NCBI GenBank assembly: GCA_011364985.1
Contig: RDOC01000001.1
Coordinates: 256,001-320,000 of the forward strand
Direction of reading: 5' to 3'
Source: Candidatus Thorarchaeota archaeon
Lineage (GTDB): Archaea > Asgardarchaeota > Thorarchaeia > Thorarchaeales > Thorarchaeaceae
Length of the DNA stretch: 64,000 nucleotides
Shown here piece by piece: positions 39,547 to 50,386 of the stretch (position 1 is its first letter; the number at the start of each line of letters is the position of its first letter). Under the pieces are notes generated by a model. The model saw nothing but the letters and a program-made list of their open reading frames with translations. It was not told the DNA's origin and searched no databases. Made by a program: the position numbers and the translations under genes.

Positions 39547-40974
39547 TCAAGATAACTTAGAGATTATGAACTTCAGCTTCCCTCCCTGACTGGGAATGTC
39601 TTCGGTTGCTTCCATTAGAACAGGAACTTGTTGCTGCGTTTTCTCCAGCAGGATGTTTCTGACTTTTCCTATTGCGCCACGATAGTCTCTATAAGATTTA
39701 TTGGGAACAAAACGAAGAACGATCGAGTAGTCTGCATTTTGAATGAATTGAAACATTTTTACAGCTTCCGGACAAGCATCGAAGATGGTGGTGAGGAAAT
39801 CGCCACTCAATACGGTACCATTTGGAAGTCGTATCATATCTGACTCACGCCCTCTAACATGGTCCATAAGTGGAAAAGGAAGACCACATGGACACTGCCC
39901 TTCAATTAACCGACCGCGGTCCTCGTTCAGATATCGGATTATCGGGAATGCATAGTTCTCTAAATCTGTTACAACAATATCTCCGAACTCTCCCTCTGCA
40001 CATATCTCCCCATTCTTCACGAATTCGATATGGCGTATATCAGATTCTATGTGAAGACCAGTATGTTGGTTGCATTCAGCGGCAAGCCAGTAGACTTCTC
40101 CGCAACCGTATTGATCATAGACCGGAGCATTGAAGACTTTTTCAACAAGGTTTCGTTGAACCTCACTTATAGGAGAAGAGGTTAACCATACAGCTTTGGG
40201 CGGTGGAAGTTCTATGCAGTGATCATCCACGTACTCGGCCAGATGACATATGGCTCCAACGTAACCTTGTAATAGTCGAGGCTTGATGCATTTGTATTTT
40301 CTTATGAAACATCGTATGGAACTCTCTGTCATTGAAGCCGCGTCAAGTAGTACTCTTTTTGTCGGCCACCAGAATGCACAATACGCTAGGTCTTGAAATC
40401 TGGATTGGCGAACATCCCTGAAAACAAAAGCACCGTCATCCCAGGGTGCCAAATCCCATCTTGCCAAGAGCCTCCATCCAATTGCATGCAAAGGAACTCT
40501 TCTGTCGTGATATACTCTGAGTGGTATGCCGGTAGATCCACCAGTAGTCGACACTTGGAAATATCGCTTGTCCACTTCCATAGCCATGATATCGGCCAAG
40601 TTCTCTCGAATATCGTTCTTCGTGAGGAAAGGTATTTTCAGGAAATCATCAGGCGTTTTTACGTCATCTGGAATTATGCCTGCAGCCTTGAATTTCCTTC
40701 TATAGAAAGGGACTGATTTGTATGCATAACGGAGCAGTTTCTTTCGCTTTCGCCAGTTCAATTCTGCTAGTTCTCTTGAACTAAGACATTGGTTTCTTAT
40801 CAGGCGTTCATAGTACGCTGAGGAGTTGGTGTTCAGAAGAAAGAATTTTGAGTAGAAGTACGAACTCGTGAGTGAACGAAACAATCGATACTTGGCTCCT
40901 TTTAGGTCTTGATTCCATTCTAATGAGCAATATAAATGATAATAGCACTGCTGCAAACAGAGGCATGTTTTCAA
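39547..40974 (-). CDS. phenylacetate-CoA ligase/CapK-family adenylate-forming enzyme
   Basis: VPFYR, TTGGSTGIP, YDQYGCGE, PIIRY, GRESD, GGKLK. Start uncertain, likely up to ~30 codons downstream. Confidence 0.88.
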   Translation of the reverse strand: MKTCLCLQQCYYHLYCSLEWNQDLKGAKYRLFRSLTSSYFYSKFFLLNTNSSAYYERLIRNQCLSSRELAELNWRKRKKLLRYAYKSVPFYRRKFKAAGIIPDDVKTPDDFLKIPFLTKNDIRENLADIMAMEVDKRYFQVSTTGGSTGIPLRVYHDRRVPLHAIGWRLLARWDLAPWDDGAFVFRDVRQSRFQDLAYCAFWWPTKRVLLDAASMTESSIRCFIRKYKCIKPRLLQGYVGAICHLAEYVDDHCIELPPPKAVWLTSSPISEVQRNLVEKVFNAPVYDQYGCGEVYWLAAECNQHTGLHIESDIRHIEFVKNGEICAEGEFGDIVVTDLENYAFPIIRYLNEDRGRLIEGQCPCGLPFPLMDHVRGRESDMIRLPNGTVLSGDFLTTIFDACPEAVKMFQFIQNADYSIVLRFVPNKSYRDYRGAIGKVRNILLEKTQQQVPVLMEATEDIPSQGGKLKFIISKLS

Positions 40975-41195
40975 GAAACAATATCCAAGTAATGACTCAT
41001 TTCATAGCTGCCAGCATCATCAATTGCCATTTCCGAACCAGTTCAAGGAGGACCGTGATATACCAATAGTAGGACAAGGCGAACATACAAGATGCCATTA
41101 TCACAGTATTAGGTGGAGTAATACTAAACCCAAACTATGGTGCGATGTTGTGGACTAGGGAATCCCACATTGGATTTCGGAATATTCCAAGAACC

Positions 41196-42383
41196 TCACT
41201 TGTGAGATTCTGTTTTCGACAAAGTTGAGTAGAGATGCTCCAGACGGTCCACAGTCTTTTCGATGGTCAATTCATCGGCAAGATATTTATTAGCTTTATC
41301 TCCCATGAGCTTTGAATCTTTAGGATTTTCAAGTAACCATTCTATTGCTCTAGCGAGTTGAAGAACATCGCCACTTCTGACAAGGAAACCAGTGTCACCG
41401 TGGCGAACAAGATCAGGAATACCTCCCACATCTGTTGCTAGTACTGGTTTTGAACAAGCAAAAGCTTCCAGAATCACATTTGGAAATGTCTCATACCTTG
41501 AAGGCAGAATCACAATGTCAGAGTCAACGTATGCAGATATCTTCTTATTTCCAAAAAGAGGCCCCGTGAAACGCACGTAATTCGCAAGTCCCAGTTTTGT
41601 TGAAAGGGATTTCAAATACCCTAAGTGACCTCCATCTGGACCCACAACAATCAGGTTAACATTCTTTTGTGAGCGCAGGATGCTTTGTAGGGATCGAAGC
41701 AGGCGGTCAATTCCTTTGATGCTGTGTACCCTACCTACAAAGAGGAGTAGGCGTGTGTCATCACTAATATTGTACGCGTATCTGAATGTCCCAGGCTCCG
41801 GAGTATCTTTGAATTCAGACAAGTCAATGCCATTTGGAATAACACTGATCTTCTCATCTGGAATGCCAAGTTTTCGACCGGTTTTCATTTCGAATTGACT
41901 AAGTGCAATTAGTGCCGAAGCATCATGAAGCAGATTCATACCGAAGAGGGTATCATAGATACTCTTAGCTCTCTGCCAACGCACCATGCGCGGTAACGAA
42001 CCACGGGGTTGAATGCAATAAGGAATTCCAGTCTTCCTTAACCAATGATGTGCCACAACATTGTGAAAAGTACGAAATTCATGGAGATGAGCAACATCGA
42101 AATCCTTGAACAAGTTCCTTCCATCTATTGCTAGTTGAGGAGAAATGAGGAACAATCGAGTGCGATGCAAGCCAATATTCCTGTAATAACGAATCTCCAT
42201 TTCGTCTGTTATTGTGACAAAATCACAATCTAACCTATCCTTCAGATTCTTGGCATCGCTTGTGGCGATCACAACATCATGACCTCTTCTCGCAAGTTCC
42301 TTGGAAACCAGATAGGCTGCACGGGGAGCCCCACCAAAAGCTGTGGCGGGAGGAAAATACGATACTACTTCTAGAATCCGCAT
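41196..42383 (-). CDS. glycosyltransferase family 4
   Basis: MRILEV..YFPP, IPNGID, FVGR..IKG, ETFPNVILEA. Confidence 0.93.
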   Translation of the reverse strand: MRILEVVSYFPPATAFGGAPRAAYLVSKELARRGHDVVIATSDAKNLKDRLDCDFVTITDEMEIRYYRNIGLHRTRLFLISPQLAIDGRNLFKDFDVAHLHEFRTFHNVVAHHWLRKTGIPYCIQPRGSLPRMVRWQRAKSIYDTLFGMNLLHDASALIALSQFEMKTGRKLGIPDEKISVIPNGIDLSEFKDTPEPGTFRYAYNISDDTRLLLFVGRVHSIKGIDRLLRSLQSILRSQKNVNLIVVGPDGGHLGYLKSLSTKLGLANYVRFTGPLFGNKKISAYVDSDIVILPSRYETFPNVILEAFACSKPVLATDVGGIPDLVRHGDTGFLVRSGDVLQLARAIEWLLENPKDSKLMGDKANKYLADELTIEKTVDRLEHLYSTLSKTESHK

Positions 42384-42459
42384 GACTCTTGTTACATCCT
42401 GTTTTCAGACAGCTGTGCAATTTCCTATGAAGAAGTAATTCATCATTTCTGACTGCCCT

Positions 42460-43566
42460 TTGTATCTTGAGATTCAATGGGGAGTATTGACAGCTGCATG
42501 TACTCTGCCTATGTATGAAGATTTAAAGAGAAGGTTTGACATCGAAAAGGTCAGCAGAATCATGGGTGTGGGCAGGGTAAAGGAATTCAGTGTTTACATA
42601 GAGAACTCAAAGCCGCTAAACCAGAAACTCAACGATGGTTTAGGTCACATACAATGGAGACAAATTATCAGAACTGATGACCACGTATTTCTGAAACCAA
42701 ACTTCACTTTTCCATCATACCGTTATGGTGTGACGACATCTCCGTGTCTTCTTGAAGCTCTATTAGGAATTCTGAAGAATCGAGCTTCAGAAATAACAAT
42801 AATAGAATCAAATGGTGGAAACAATGTCTTCACAGCTGACGAAGCCTTCAGAGGACATGGCATTCCAAAGCTGTGCAAAGAATTCGGAATAGACGCTGTA
42901 AACCTATCAGACTGTCCTTCTACAAAGGCTAAGGATAAGATTGGTTCAAGAACGGTAGAAGTGAGCGTACCCAGATTTCTGCCGAATGAAGTGGATTGTT
43001 TTGTATGTGTGCCCGTTCTGAAGGTACATGCAATGACCTTGGTTTCGCTGGGAATCAAGAACCTGTGGGGGTGTCATCCAAATCCCATGAGATGCCTCTA
43101 TCACGAGGATATCGACAAGAAACTTGCGCTTCTCACCAAGCTCTGGAATCCGCGAATCTGCATTATAGACGGGACCTATGCACTAGACGGACATGGACCA
43201 ATGTTTGGCCAACCTGTTGAAATGAATCTGCTGATTGTTGGGAACAATGTTGTAGCAAGCGATAGCGTCGGAGCGAGTGTGATGGGCTTCGATCCCCATC
43301 ACATCAAGCACATAAGAGTGGCGTCGGAGGAGAAACTCGGTCCTATCGATTTAAGGTCGATTAGAGTAAACACAGATTGGAGAAGGTTCTGCAGGGTTTT
43401 CTCGTTCAAGAGAACGCCGCTTGATTATTTATCTTTGGTACCATTTCACAGCGAACTTCTTGCAAAGATTATTTTCAACTCACCATTCACTTCCGGGATT
43501 CGAAGAATGGTAGACATAATCAGGACTTCTGACGAAAAGGAAGACCTAAGAGGGTACGTAAATTAA
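42460..43566 (+). CDS. DUF362 domain protein
   Basis: LKPN, GVTTSP, VPVLKVH, LGIKNLWG, IIDG..GHGP, ASD, MGFDP. Probable start ATG 42562. Confidence 0.82.
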   Translation: MYLEIQWGVLTAACTLPMYEDLKRRFDIEKVSRIMGVGRVKEFSVYIENSKPLNQKLNDGLGHIQWRQIIRTDDHVFLKPNFTFPSYRYGVTTSPCLLEALLGILKNRASEITIIESNGGNNVFTADEAFRGHGIPKLCKEFGIDAVNLSDCPSTKAKDKIGSRTVEVSVPRFLPNEVDCFVCVPVLKVHAMTLVSLGIKNLWGCHPNPMRCLYHEDIDKKLALLTKLWNPRICIIDGTYALDGHGPMFGQPVEMNLLIVGNNVVASDSVGASVMGFDPHHIKHIRVASEEKLGPIDLRSIRVNTDWRRFCRVFSFKRTPLDYLSLVPFHSELLAKIIFNSPFTSGIRRMVDIIRTSDEKEDLRGYVN

Positions 43567-43737
43567 GTAGTAGCTGATCGAATTCTCCTTTTCCATAAAA
43601 AGGACTCTAGTTCGAAGACTCTAATTGGCGTTCTCTTGAACGCATTCTAGTAGGTGAACATCATAAATGAGTACTGGATTCCGCTCCAACACCAAAATGT
43701 CGTTTACTAGGTTTAGCATAGCAGACAATATGCTCCT

Positions 43738-44958
43738 CTACCGGTATCTTCTCGTAACATTACCCAAGACATTCTTCAGTTCTTCTCCTATTCGCTCAAT
43801 ACTGAGGTTGCGCTCTACAAAAGACCTACCGCTCTTGCCCAGAGATGAAACAATGCTTGGATTCTCACTAAGTAATAACACTGATTCTGCAAGAGCAATG
43901 TAATCGCCGGGCTTGATTACAATGCCAGAGTTTGTTTTGGATACATATATGCCAGGCTGTCCGCTAGAACAGCAAAGAATTGGTTTTCCCATGGCTTGAT
44001 ACTCATAGATCTTGGAGGAGATTCCTAGCTCAATCGAGCCGTATCCAGACAAGGGTAGGAGTAGAACGTCTGCATCTTTCATTGCTTCGACGACTTCGAC
44101 TCTCGACACGATCTTCTCAATGACCTTCACGTTTGGCAGTCCAAATTCGGATTGCATCCGATTCAGCTGGCTGGCCATCTCACCCCCACCTTGAAGAATG
44201 ATTTCGATCCCGTCATGCTTGGAAAGCTCTTGCGCGGCGTCAAAGACTTGGCGAAAATCATAAGCTGGAGAGAAAGCCCCAATATACAGAACCCTGAATC
44301 TACTAAGGGGCCGCTTCTGATGGTCTGTAGATACTTGAAATGATTCCATATTCACGCCTGCCTTGATAACATGAATTGCATTAGATGCTATGCCATACTT
44401 GGAAACAACAGCTTTCACATAACCGGGACTAATCGGAGTCACTAAGCTGGCAAATCGGTATGCTATCTTTGCCAGAATCTCCCCAGCTCTTCCGATAAGG
44501 GATCTCTTGCTTATTCCCAAGTCGTAGAGAGCTTCGGGCCACAGGTCATCAACATTCATGGCGATAGGACACTTCTTAACCTTTGAAATCATTATTCCTG
44601 GAAACATTGCAGTGATATTCGGATTTGCAGCCCAAATGACATCGACTTTACCTAAAAAGGGAATAGATAGCATTGATGACAGGATGAATGAAATGAAGAG
44701 CACCATACGCTTCGCATACCCCTCTGATGCCAATGGTGGCACATAAGTCCGGATTAGCCTGAGACCATTGGTGGCTTCAAGAACGAATGCCTTCCTTCGA
44801 TAGCCCTGCGGAATGTTTCCAGAAGGATAATGAGGGAAGGCAGATACGACTGTCACATCGCAACCAGCTTTTCGCAGGCCCAATGAAGCATTGAAAGCAC
44901 GTGTGGCACCTCCGCCCATGTCGGGAGGAAAGTATTGAGCGATGACTAGCACCCTCAT
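43738..44958 (-). CDS. glycosyltransferase family 4 (WbuB-like)
   Basis: QYFPPD.GG, FPHYPSG, DLWPE, SKIYEYQAMGKP. Confidence 0.93.
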   Translation of the reverse strand: MRVLVIAQYFPPDMGGGATRAFNASLGLRKAGCDVTVVSAFPHYPSGNIPQGYRRKAFVLEATNGLRLIRTYVPPLASEGYAKRMVLFISFILSSMLSIPFLGKVDVIWAANPNITAMFPGIMISKVKKCPIAMNVDDLWPEALYDLGISKRSLIGRAGEILAKIAYRFASLVTPISPGYVKAVVSKYGIASNAIHVIKAGVNMESFQVSTDHQKRPLSRFRVLYIGAFSPAYDFRQVFDAAQELSKHDGIEIILQGGGEMASQLNRMQSEFGLPNVKVIEKIVSRVEVVEAMKDADVLLLPLSGYGSIELGISSKIYEYQAMGKPILCCSSGQPGIYVSKTNSGIVIKPGDYIALAESVLLLSENPSIVSSLGKSGRSFVERNLSIERIGEELKNVLGNVTRRYR

Positions 44959-45138
44959 ATTCTGATCACTCCCATTGGACCAATGTAAGGCAAAGATTCG
45001 TGATATGGCGCCATTGTTTTTATCTTCTTTTTAGGCAAGTTCATGATATCCGAGAAAACTCCTATCATTGCTCTGAGCGAAACGCAATGATAACAGCCTA
45101 CACTTAAGCTATCCGTATCCACTGCTAACACGAGCAGG

Positions 45139-46272
45139 TCATTGTCCAAGAGAGAAATATAAGTCATTGATGACGGAGGCAATACGTTCAAGACTAAACT
45201 CCTTCTCAATCATTTTTCTGGCGTTTTTGGCAATCTTCTGCGACAATTCTTCATTTTCAAACAGGCTAAAGACGGCGCTTCTGAAACTATCCACTGAGTT
45301 CTCAAAAAGGAGTCCATTATGATTGTGCTGAACGAATGTAGGAATGTCACCCACCCGTGTGGATATCACTGGAGTTCCTGATGCCATTGCCTCCAGTACC
45401 ACCGTTGGCATTCCCTCCCAGAAAGAGGGGAGAACCAACGCATCTGCAGACTTTAGAATTTCAGGAATTTCAGAGTGCTTCCGTTGGCCAAGAAGATCAA
45501 TCTCAATGGGGTGGCCATTCTTCTGCAATTCATTTCTAAGCCTAGCAAGCGATGGATAAAGAGATCCTTGGCCAACAAATCTAATTCTAAAACTCTGACC
45601 ATCCCAATTCCTCTTCTCACGAATCCACTGAATGAGAGACCCAACACCCTTCCATCTCTCTAGGTCACCAACATAAAGTAGGGTCTTCTTAGATGCTGCA
45701 TCCCGTAATGAGAACGAGAATTGGTCTGTATCAACAACATTCGGAACATAGCAGAGCTTGCAGGTAGGAACATTGTACACAGAAGAGATGGTTTCTAGAT
45801 CTGTCTTGGACACAGATGCAATCAGGTCACTCTTGTCAATGGTGAATTGGCCCAAGGAGTGGTCATAGATTTGTTTGACCCATCGTCTTCTTAGAGAGGT
45901 TCGATAGGGAGGGTTTCCGACCCCACCATGTAGTTGAAGCAAAGCCTTTCCTCTCTTCAGGAGTCTTGCCAGTACTGCTTGATTGGATGTGAAATACAGG
46001 TATGAATGAATATGAAACACGTCTGCATCTGACTTACAAAGCTGGCTTAGCATTAAGTTCAGGGGATTGATATTCCAAATAACTGCTGGAGAATAGAACC
46101 TGTGATATGTGACACCATTCTTCTTCGAAACACCGACGCGGCTCAGGTGTCTCGTAGTCGTATACACATGAACGTCGTGCTCCTTCGACTGCATCGTTGA
46201 TATATTATGGACATATCTCTCAGACCCACCCAAGTGTTCTCCGACAAAGGGACAGATATGTGCAAGCCTCAA
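45139..46272 (-). CDS. glycosyltransferase family 4
   Basis: GGSERY, VPNVVD, WKG, EGMPTVVLEAMASG. Confidence 0.93.
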   Translation of the reverse strand: MRLAHICPFVGEHLGGSERYVHNISTMQSKEHDVHVYTTTRHLSRVGVSKKNGVTYHRFYSPAVIWNINPLNLMLSQLCKSDADVFHIHSYLYFTSNQAVLARLLKRGKALLQLHGGVGNPPYRTSLRRRWVKQIYDHSLGQFTIDKSDLIASVSKTDLETISSVYNVPTCKLCYVPNVVDTDQFSFSLRDAASKKTLLYVGDLERWKGVGSLIQWIREKRNWDGQSFRIRFVGQGSLYPSLARLRNELQKNGHPIEIDLLGQRKHSEIPEILKSADALVLPSFWEGMPTVVLEAMASGTPVISTRVGDIPTFVQHNHNGLLFENSVDSFRSAVFSLFENEELSQKIAKNARKMIEKEFSLERIASVINDLYFSLGQ

Positions 46273-46539
46273 CTAGTATTCTCCATGTGCTAACTTCATT
46301 AACCGCGCATTACCAGTGCTAACAGCTTTGTGCAATCATCTCCGAAGGTACAATTAAGTCTTGTTGGAAGCACTCCGTTTTTGCAGACAATACATCAGGA
46401 AGTTGGGTTTAGCGGCAAGCTAATACGCTTGAATGCTTTTGAAGCTTGAATCATTAGGAAATGATAAGTGTGGGATTTGGCGTCTGCATATTCCAACCTA
46501 GAAGATACTCAGCCGAGCTGGATGAGAGGCGATGCATAA

Positions 46540-49095
46540 TTGGAGAATGAACAAGGAATGGTATCAATCGCGTCGGATGCTCTGGTCAGGTTCCATAATC
46601 CAGTGAAGCTCATTCTTCTGTTTCTTGTTTCATTTCTTGTGTATTTCACCATGAGAGATTCTTCTTGGCCTCTAGCTCAAATGCTGTTAGGAATTCCAGC
46701 TGGACTTGTTTCCATTCTTCTCCTGCCAGGTATAGTTGCGTCAAGAATACTGATTCCTTTGAAATACCAAAACCTTGGAACATCTGTGTTCCTTGGGCTG
46801 GTAATTCAGATGCTCCTTATGCAACTACGATTTTTGTTGAGCTTCTTCTATTTCGCTACTCCCCCAATAAAGATCTGGGTTTTTGGAGGCAATTTATTTC
46901 TTCTAGTGCTGGGTGCGACTGTTCTCCAGTTGAAGAATGATTATGGCTGCTTGAAGACACCCATCAGATTCAACTATGGATGGCAATTTGCTATTCTTCT
47001 GGCAGTTTCACTAATCCTGAGGTTTGTTCTGCTGAGCCAGGTCCAAGGATCAATTTCACCAGACTCCGCACTTTATGCCGATTTTGCACGGCAGTTGGTC
47101 AATGGAAAATACGATTCGCTTGTCCTCAATGATTCTGCAGTAGTCGAATTGAGAGAAGGATTTGACTACATGGCGCATCATGCGTTCACTTATGTCTTTG
47201 CCCTGTCATATCTCCTCATCGAACCATCAACATCAGGGCCCATATTCATATTGGTCGTCATTGGAGTGTCGGTTCTGTTTCCAATATTTGAGATCGGCAA
47301 GGACTTATTCGGCGAGAGAGCGGCACTCTGGATTTGCGGATTGGTTTCTGTTCATCCTCTTTTTGTTTTTCATTCAGTTGTAGGATATGGTCCAGAAATC
47401 ACAAGTCTGCTGTATGTATTGTATGCAGTCCTCTTATTGAGGGATGAGAGGAGCACAATTCTGAGCTTGGTCATGGCTGGAGTCCTAGTGGGTCTTGTGG
47501 ATGTGACGTGGTACGCGAATTTCTACATTATATGCTTCATGCTACCTGTTGCGGCTATTCTCCAGCATTTCTGGTCAGGAAAACAGAACATGAGATTCGT
47601 ATTGCTTCTTCCAATTGTCCTGATAGCGAGATTGTACTATCTCAATGCGCCTATCTTCATGTTGTTGTGGGCGGCAATCTTTAGTCTAATCCTTCTTGGA
47701 AGAGGTACTCTGGATTGGGAGATTCAGAAACCAGTTTCCTTCTATGCAGCTCTTCTTATCATGACAGTTGTATTCCGTTTTCCTTTGCAGATTGTTTCAG
47801 AATCGATTCCTAGCGGCATACGTAATCTCGAAGCGCCATCCTTTCTATCTGCACTGCTGGTCACAGACTGGACTGGAAAGATGTTACAATTCATGTTCTT
47901 TCTTACTTGGCATTTGGGTCCAGTCATACTAATCATCCTTATTTCAACACTCATTGCAACTAGGAATAAGAATACAATTGGTCTTTCAATACTGGGTATG
48001 GTAGTCGCCTTCGGAACATTCGTTGTTCTAGGGACAATACCAGAGAGTCTTAAGATCATCTACTTCTACTCTGATTCTAGGTTCTTCATTCTGGCTGTGC
48101 TGCTATTCATATTTGCAGCCGGGGAGTTCTTCCGTAGACTATCTGCAACGCATCAAATCCATATACCTCGTATTGGCCAACTTCGAAGAGGAACTGTAGC
48201 AGTTCTGACTTTGTCGGCCATTGTCATTGGTTTCATTCCAGCATATCAGATGTATCCATCAGGACTTAGTTTAATCCACATGGAAGATAGATACGGATGG
48301 GATGGGTTTCAGGCAATTGTAGAAGACCTTGGAGATGAGGACTCCATATTCCTTGCAAATAGGGTAAGAGAGTTCTCATGGCTTACAGGAAGAAAGTGCG
48401 TCTTTCTGGCGTTCACTGACACTGCCCTACCCAATTCAAATGCCACTTCAGAGATCATGTCGTTGACGGGAGAATTCTCTGTTGATTTTTTGATTATAGA
48501 TATGTATACCACAACAAGATGGCAGACGTTAATCTTTCTCCTACATCAATCAATGGAGATCGGAGATTCGGTCTTACTCAACGGCTCAATAATCCCTGAA
48601 TGTGTTGGGGAAGGAACCTTCGGACCTGTCCAGTCATTGACTCTTGTTGTGCAAAATGAACCAAATGATGCGGGTAGATTCTCAAGAATCTTCAAAGTTG
48701 ATGAGAGCTATTTCTCATTGAATCAATCAATATCGGTAGTGGATCCAGGCTGGGAGGCTTCGGACAACGGAGAAATTCTGAACCAATCCGATAATGCACA
48801 AGTGATCATCGGAGCTGAAGCTTCACAAACGATTATTCACCGTGATGTTAGTCTCAATCTCTTGCCAGAAACAGGATTCATTCTATTCAGTATAGATGAG
48901 ATAGACGCAAATGTGACATCAATTGAAATGCTTTCAGACAATAATAGCTTAATTGGCCATGGCGAACGAATCGCCGAGGGACTCTTCATATGCTACCACG
49001 GAGAGGAACTCATCAATGACATTCGGATAACTGTTGAGGGCGAAGCTGGAGAATCTGTTGTGATTGAGTCAATCTCATTCTGGACTGACGACTAG
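46540..49095 (+). CDS. GT-C (PMT_2/ArnT-like) membrane glycosyltransferase with C-terminal soluble domain
   Basis: SPDSALYADFARQL first-loop motif, FGERAAL..HPLFVFHS..PE, many TMs. Confidence 0.7.
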   Translation: MENEQGMVSIASDALVRFHNPVKLILLFLVSFLVYFTMRDSSWPLAQMLLGIPAGLVSILLLPGIVASRILIPLKYQNLGTSVFLGLVIQMLLMQLRFLLSFFYFATPPIKIWVFGGNLFLLVLGATVLQLKNDYGCLKTPIRFNYGWQFAILLAVSLILRFVLLSQVQGSISPDSALYADFARQLVNGKYDSLVLNDSAVVELREGFDYMAHHAFTYVFALSYLLIEPSTSGPIFILVVIGVSVLFPIFEIGKDLFGERAALWICGLVSVHPLFVFHSVVGYGPEITSLLYVLYAVLLLRDERSTILSLVMAGVLVGLVDVTWYANFYIICFMLPVAAILQHFWSGKQNMRFVLLLPIVLIARLYYLNAPIFMLLWAAIFSLILLGRGTLDWEIQKPVSFYAALLIMTVVFRFPLQIVSESIPSGIRNLEAPSFLSALLVTDWTGKMLQFMFFLTWHLGPVILIILISTLIATRNKNTIGLSILGMVVAFGTFVVLGTIPESLKIIYFYSDSRFFILAVLLFIFAAGEFFRRLSATHQIHIPRIGQLRRGTVAVLTLSAIVIGFIPAYQMYPSGLSLIHMEDRYGWDGFQAIVEDLGDEDSIFLANRVREFSWLTGRKCVFLAFTDTALPNSNATSEIMSLTGEFSVDFLIIDMYTTTRWQTLIFLLHQSMEIGDSVLLNGSIIPECVGEGTFGPVQSLTLVVQNEPNDAGRFSRIFKVDESYFSLNQSISVVDPGWEASDNGEILNQSDNAQVIIGAEASQTIIHRDVSLNLLPETGFILFSIDEIDANVTSIEMLSDNNSLIGHGERIAEGLFICYHGEELINDIRITVEGEAGESVVIESISFWTDD

Positions 49096-49320
49096 GGAAC
49101 ACTCATGTTGCTCTCACAAAGATTCCTAAACATGGAAGATGGCCCTGAGGGATTTTAAGTGGTAATTCGGCATTATTGTCTTCGTTGTCCTCTGTACCAT
49201 CTAATTGGGTCAATTCTAATGTGTGATAAGAGAGATTAAAAGGAAAATGAAGTGCGACGCAAAGGAGTACAAGTGCAATCAGTTTTTGACACCACATAGG
49301 AAGCACATACCAATAGGAGT

Positions 49321-50289
49321 ATGGACAACTTGAAGGAGCTTAATGGCGCAAGAACCCTTGTGACCGGGGGTGCTGGGTTTATCGGATCACATATTGTGGA
49401 TGGCCTGATTGAACAGGATGCAGAAGTCATTGTCTTGGACGACATGAGTAATGGAGATCTGAAGAATATAGCAAGGTGGGAAGACAATAAGCGACTCAAA
49501 CTCATCAAGGGCGACATTCGAAATCAGGAGACTGTGAGGAATGCGATTCGAGATGTTGAGTATCTTTTTCATCAAGCCGCAAGGGTGAGTGTGCCCTACT
49601 CGGTGAGGAACCCTCACCTTGTGCTAGAGGTCAATGTCATGGGAACAACAGTACTCCTAGAAGAGAGCCGCAAAGCTGACGTGGAGAAGATAGTGGTGGC
49701 CTCGTCCTCATCGGTATATGGAGATACTCCTACATTGCCAAAAGTGGAAACCATGTGTACAAACCCCATCTCTCCGTACGGCGTTTCCAAACTCGCACAA
49801 GAGCAACTTGGAAAAGCATTTCATGAAACATACAACATGAATATTACATCTTTGAGATACTTCAATGTCTATGGCCCAAGGCAAAGAGGAGGGAGCTATG
49901 CAGGAGTCATTTCTATATTCTTCAAAAAGGCATTTGAGAATCAGGCCCTCCCCATTTTTGGGGATGGAACGAGTACTAGAGACTTCACCTATGTGGAAGA
50001 CGTGGTTCAGGCCAATCTCCTTGCGGCTGCCAAGCCCGTCTCGAAAGGCAGAATATACAATGTCGCAAGAGGCGAACAAACCTCTATCGATGGATTGACC
50101 GATGAGATAATCAGGTTGAGCTCTTCAAAGTCCAAGAAGGAATACCTTGCATCTAGACCAGGAGACATTCATGACAGTCTTGCAGACTTAACACTAATTT
50201 GCAGAGAGTTGGGATACGACCCGAAATATGGCATATCCGAGGGACTAAGAAAGACCTTCAACTGGATTAGCAATGAATTACAGCTCTAG
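49321..50289 (+). CDS. UDP-glucose/UDP-GlcNAc 4-epimerase-like SDR
   Basis: TGGAGFIGSH, HQAA..SVP.S, ASSSSVYG, SPYGVSK, LRYFNVYGPRQ, RDFTYV, RPGDI. Confidence 0.92.
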   Translation: MDNLKELNGARTLVTGGAGFIGSHIVDGLIEQDAEVIVLDDMSNGDLKNIARWEDNKRLKLIKGDIRNQETVRNAIRDVEYLFHQAARVSVPYSVRNPHLVLEVNVMGTTVLLEESRKADVEKIVVASSSSVYGDTPTLPKVETMCTNPISPYGVSKLAQEQLGKAFHETYNMNITSLRYFNVYGPRQRGGSYAGVISIFFKKAFENQALPIFGDGTSTRDFTYVEDVVQANLLAAAKPVSKGRIYNVARGEQTSIDGLTDEIIRLSSSKSKKEYLASRPGDIHDSLADLTLICRELGYDPKYGISEGLRKTFNWISNELQL

Positions 50290-50386
50290 TAGCTGAGCAG
50301 TGTGTGTGGCACACTCGAAATGAGGTTTTCAACCTCAGAAAGACATTTCTTTGGAAGCTGGGCAGGAAAGGAAGGCCAAATGAGGA

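Noticed and set aside
39124-39555. 143-aa plus-strand ORF
   Set aside because: TTG start, no recognisable domain, overlaps the capK-like stop; likely spurious or decayed.
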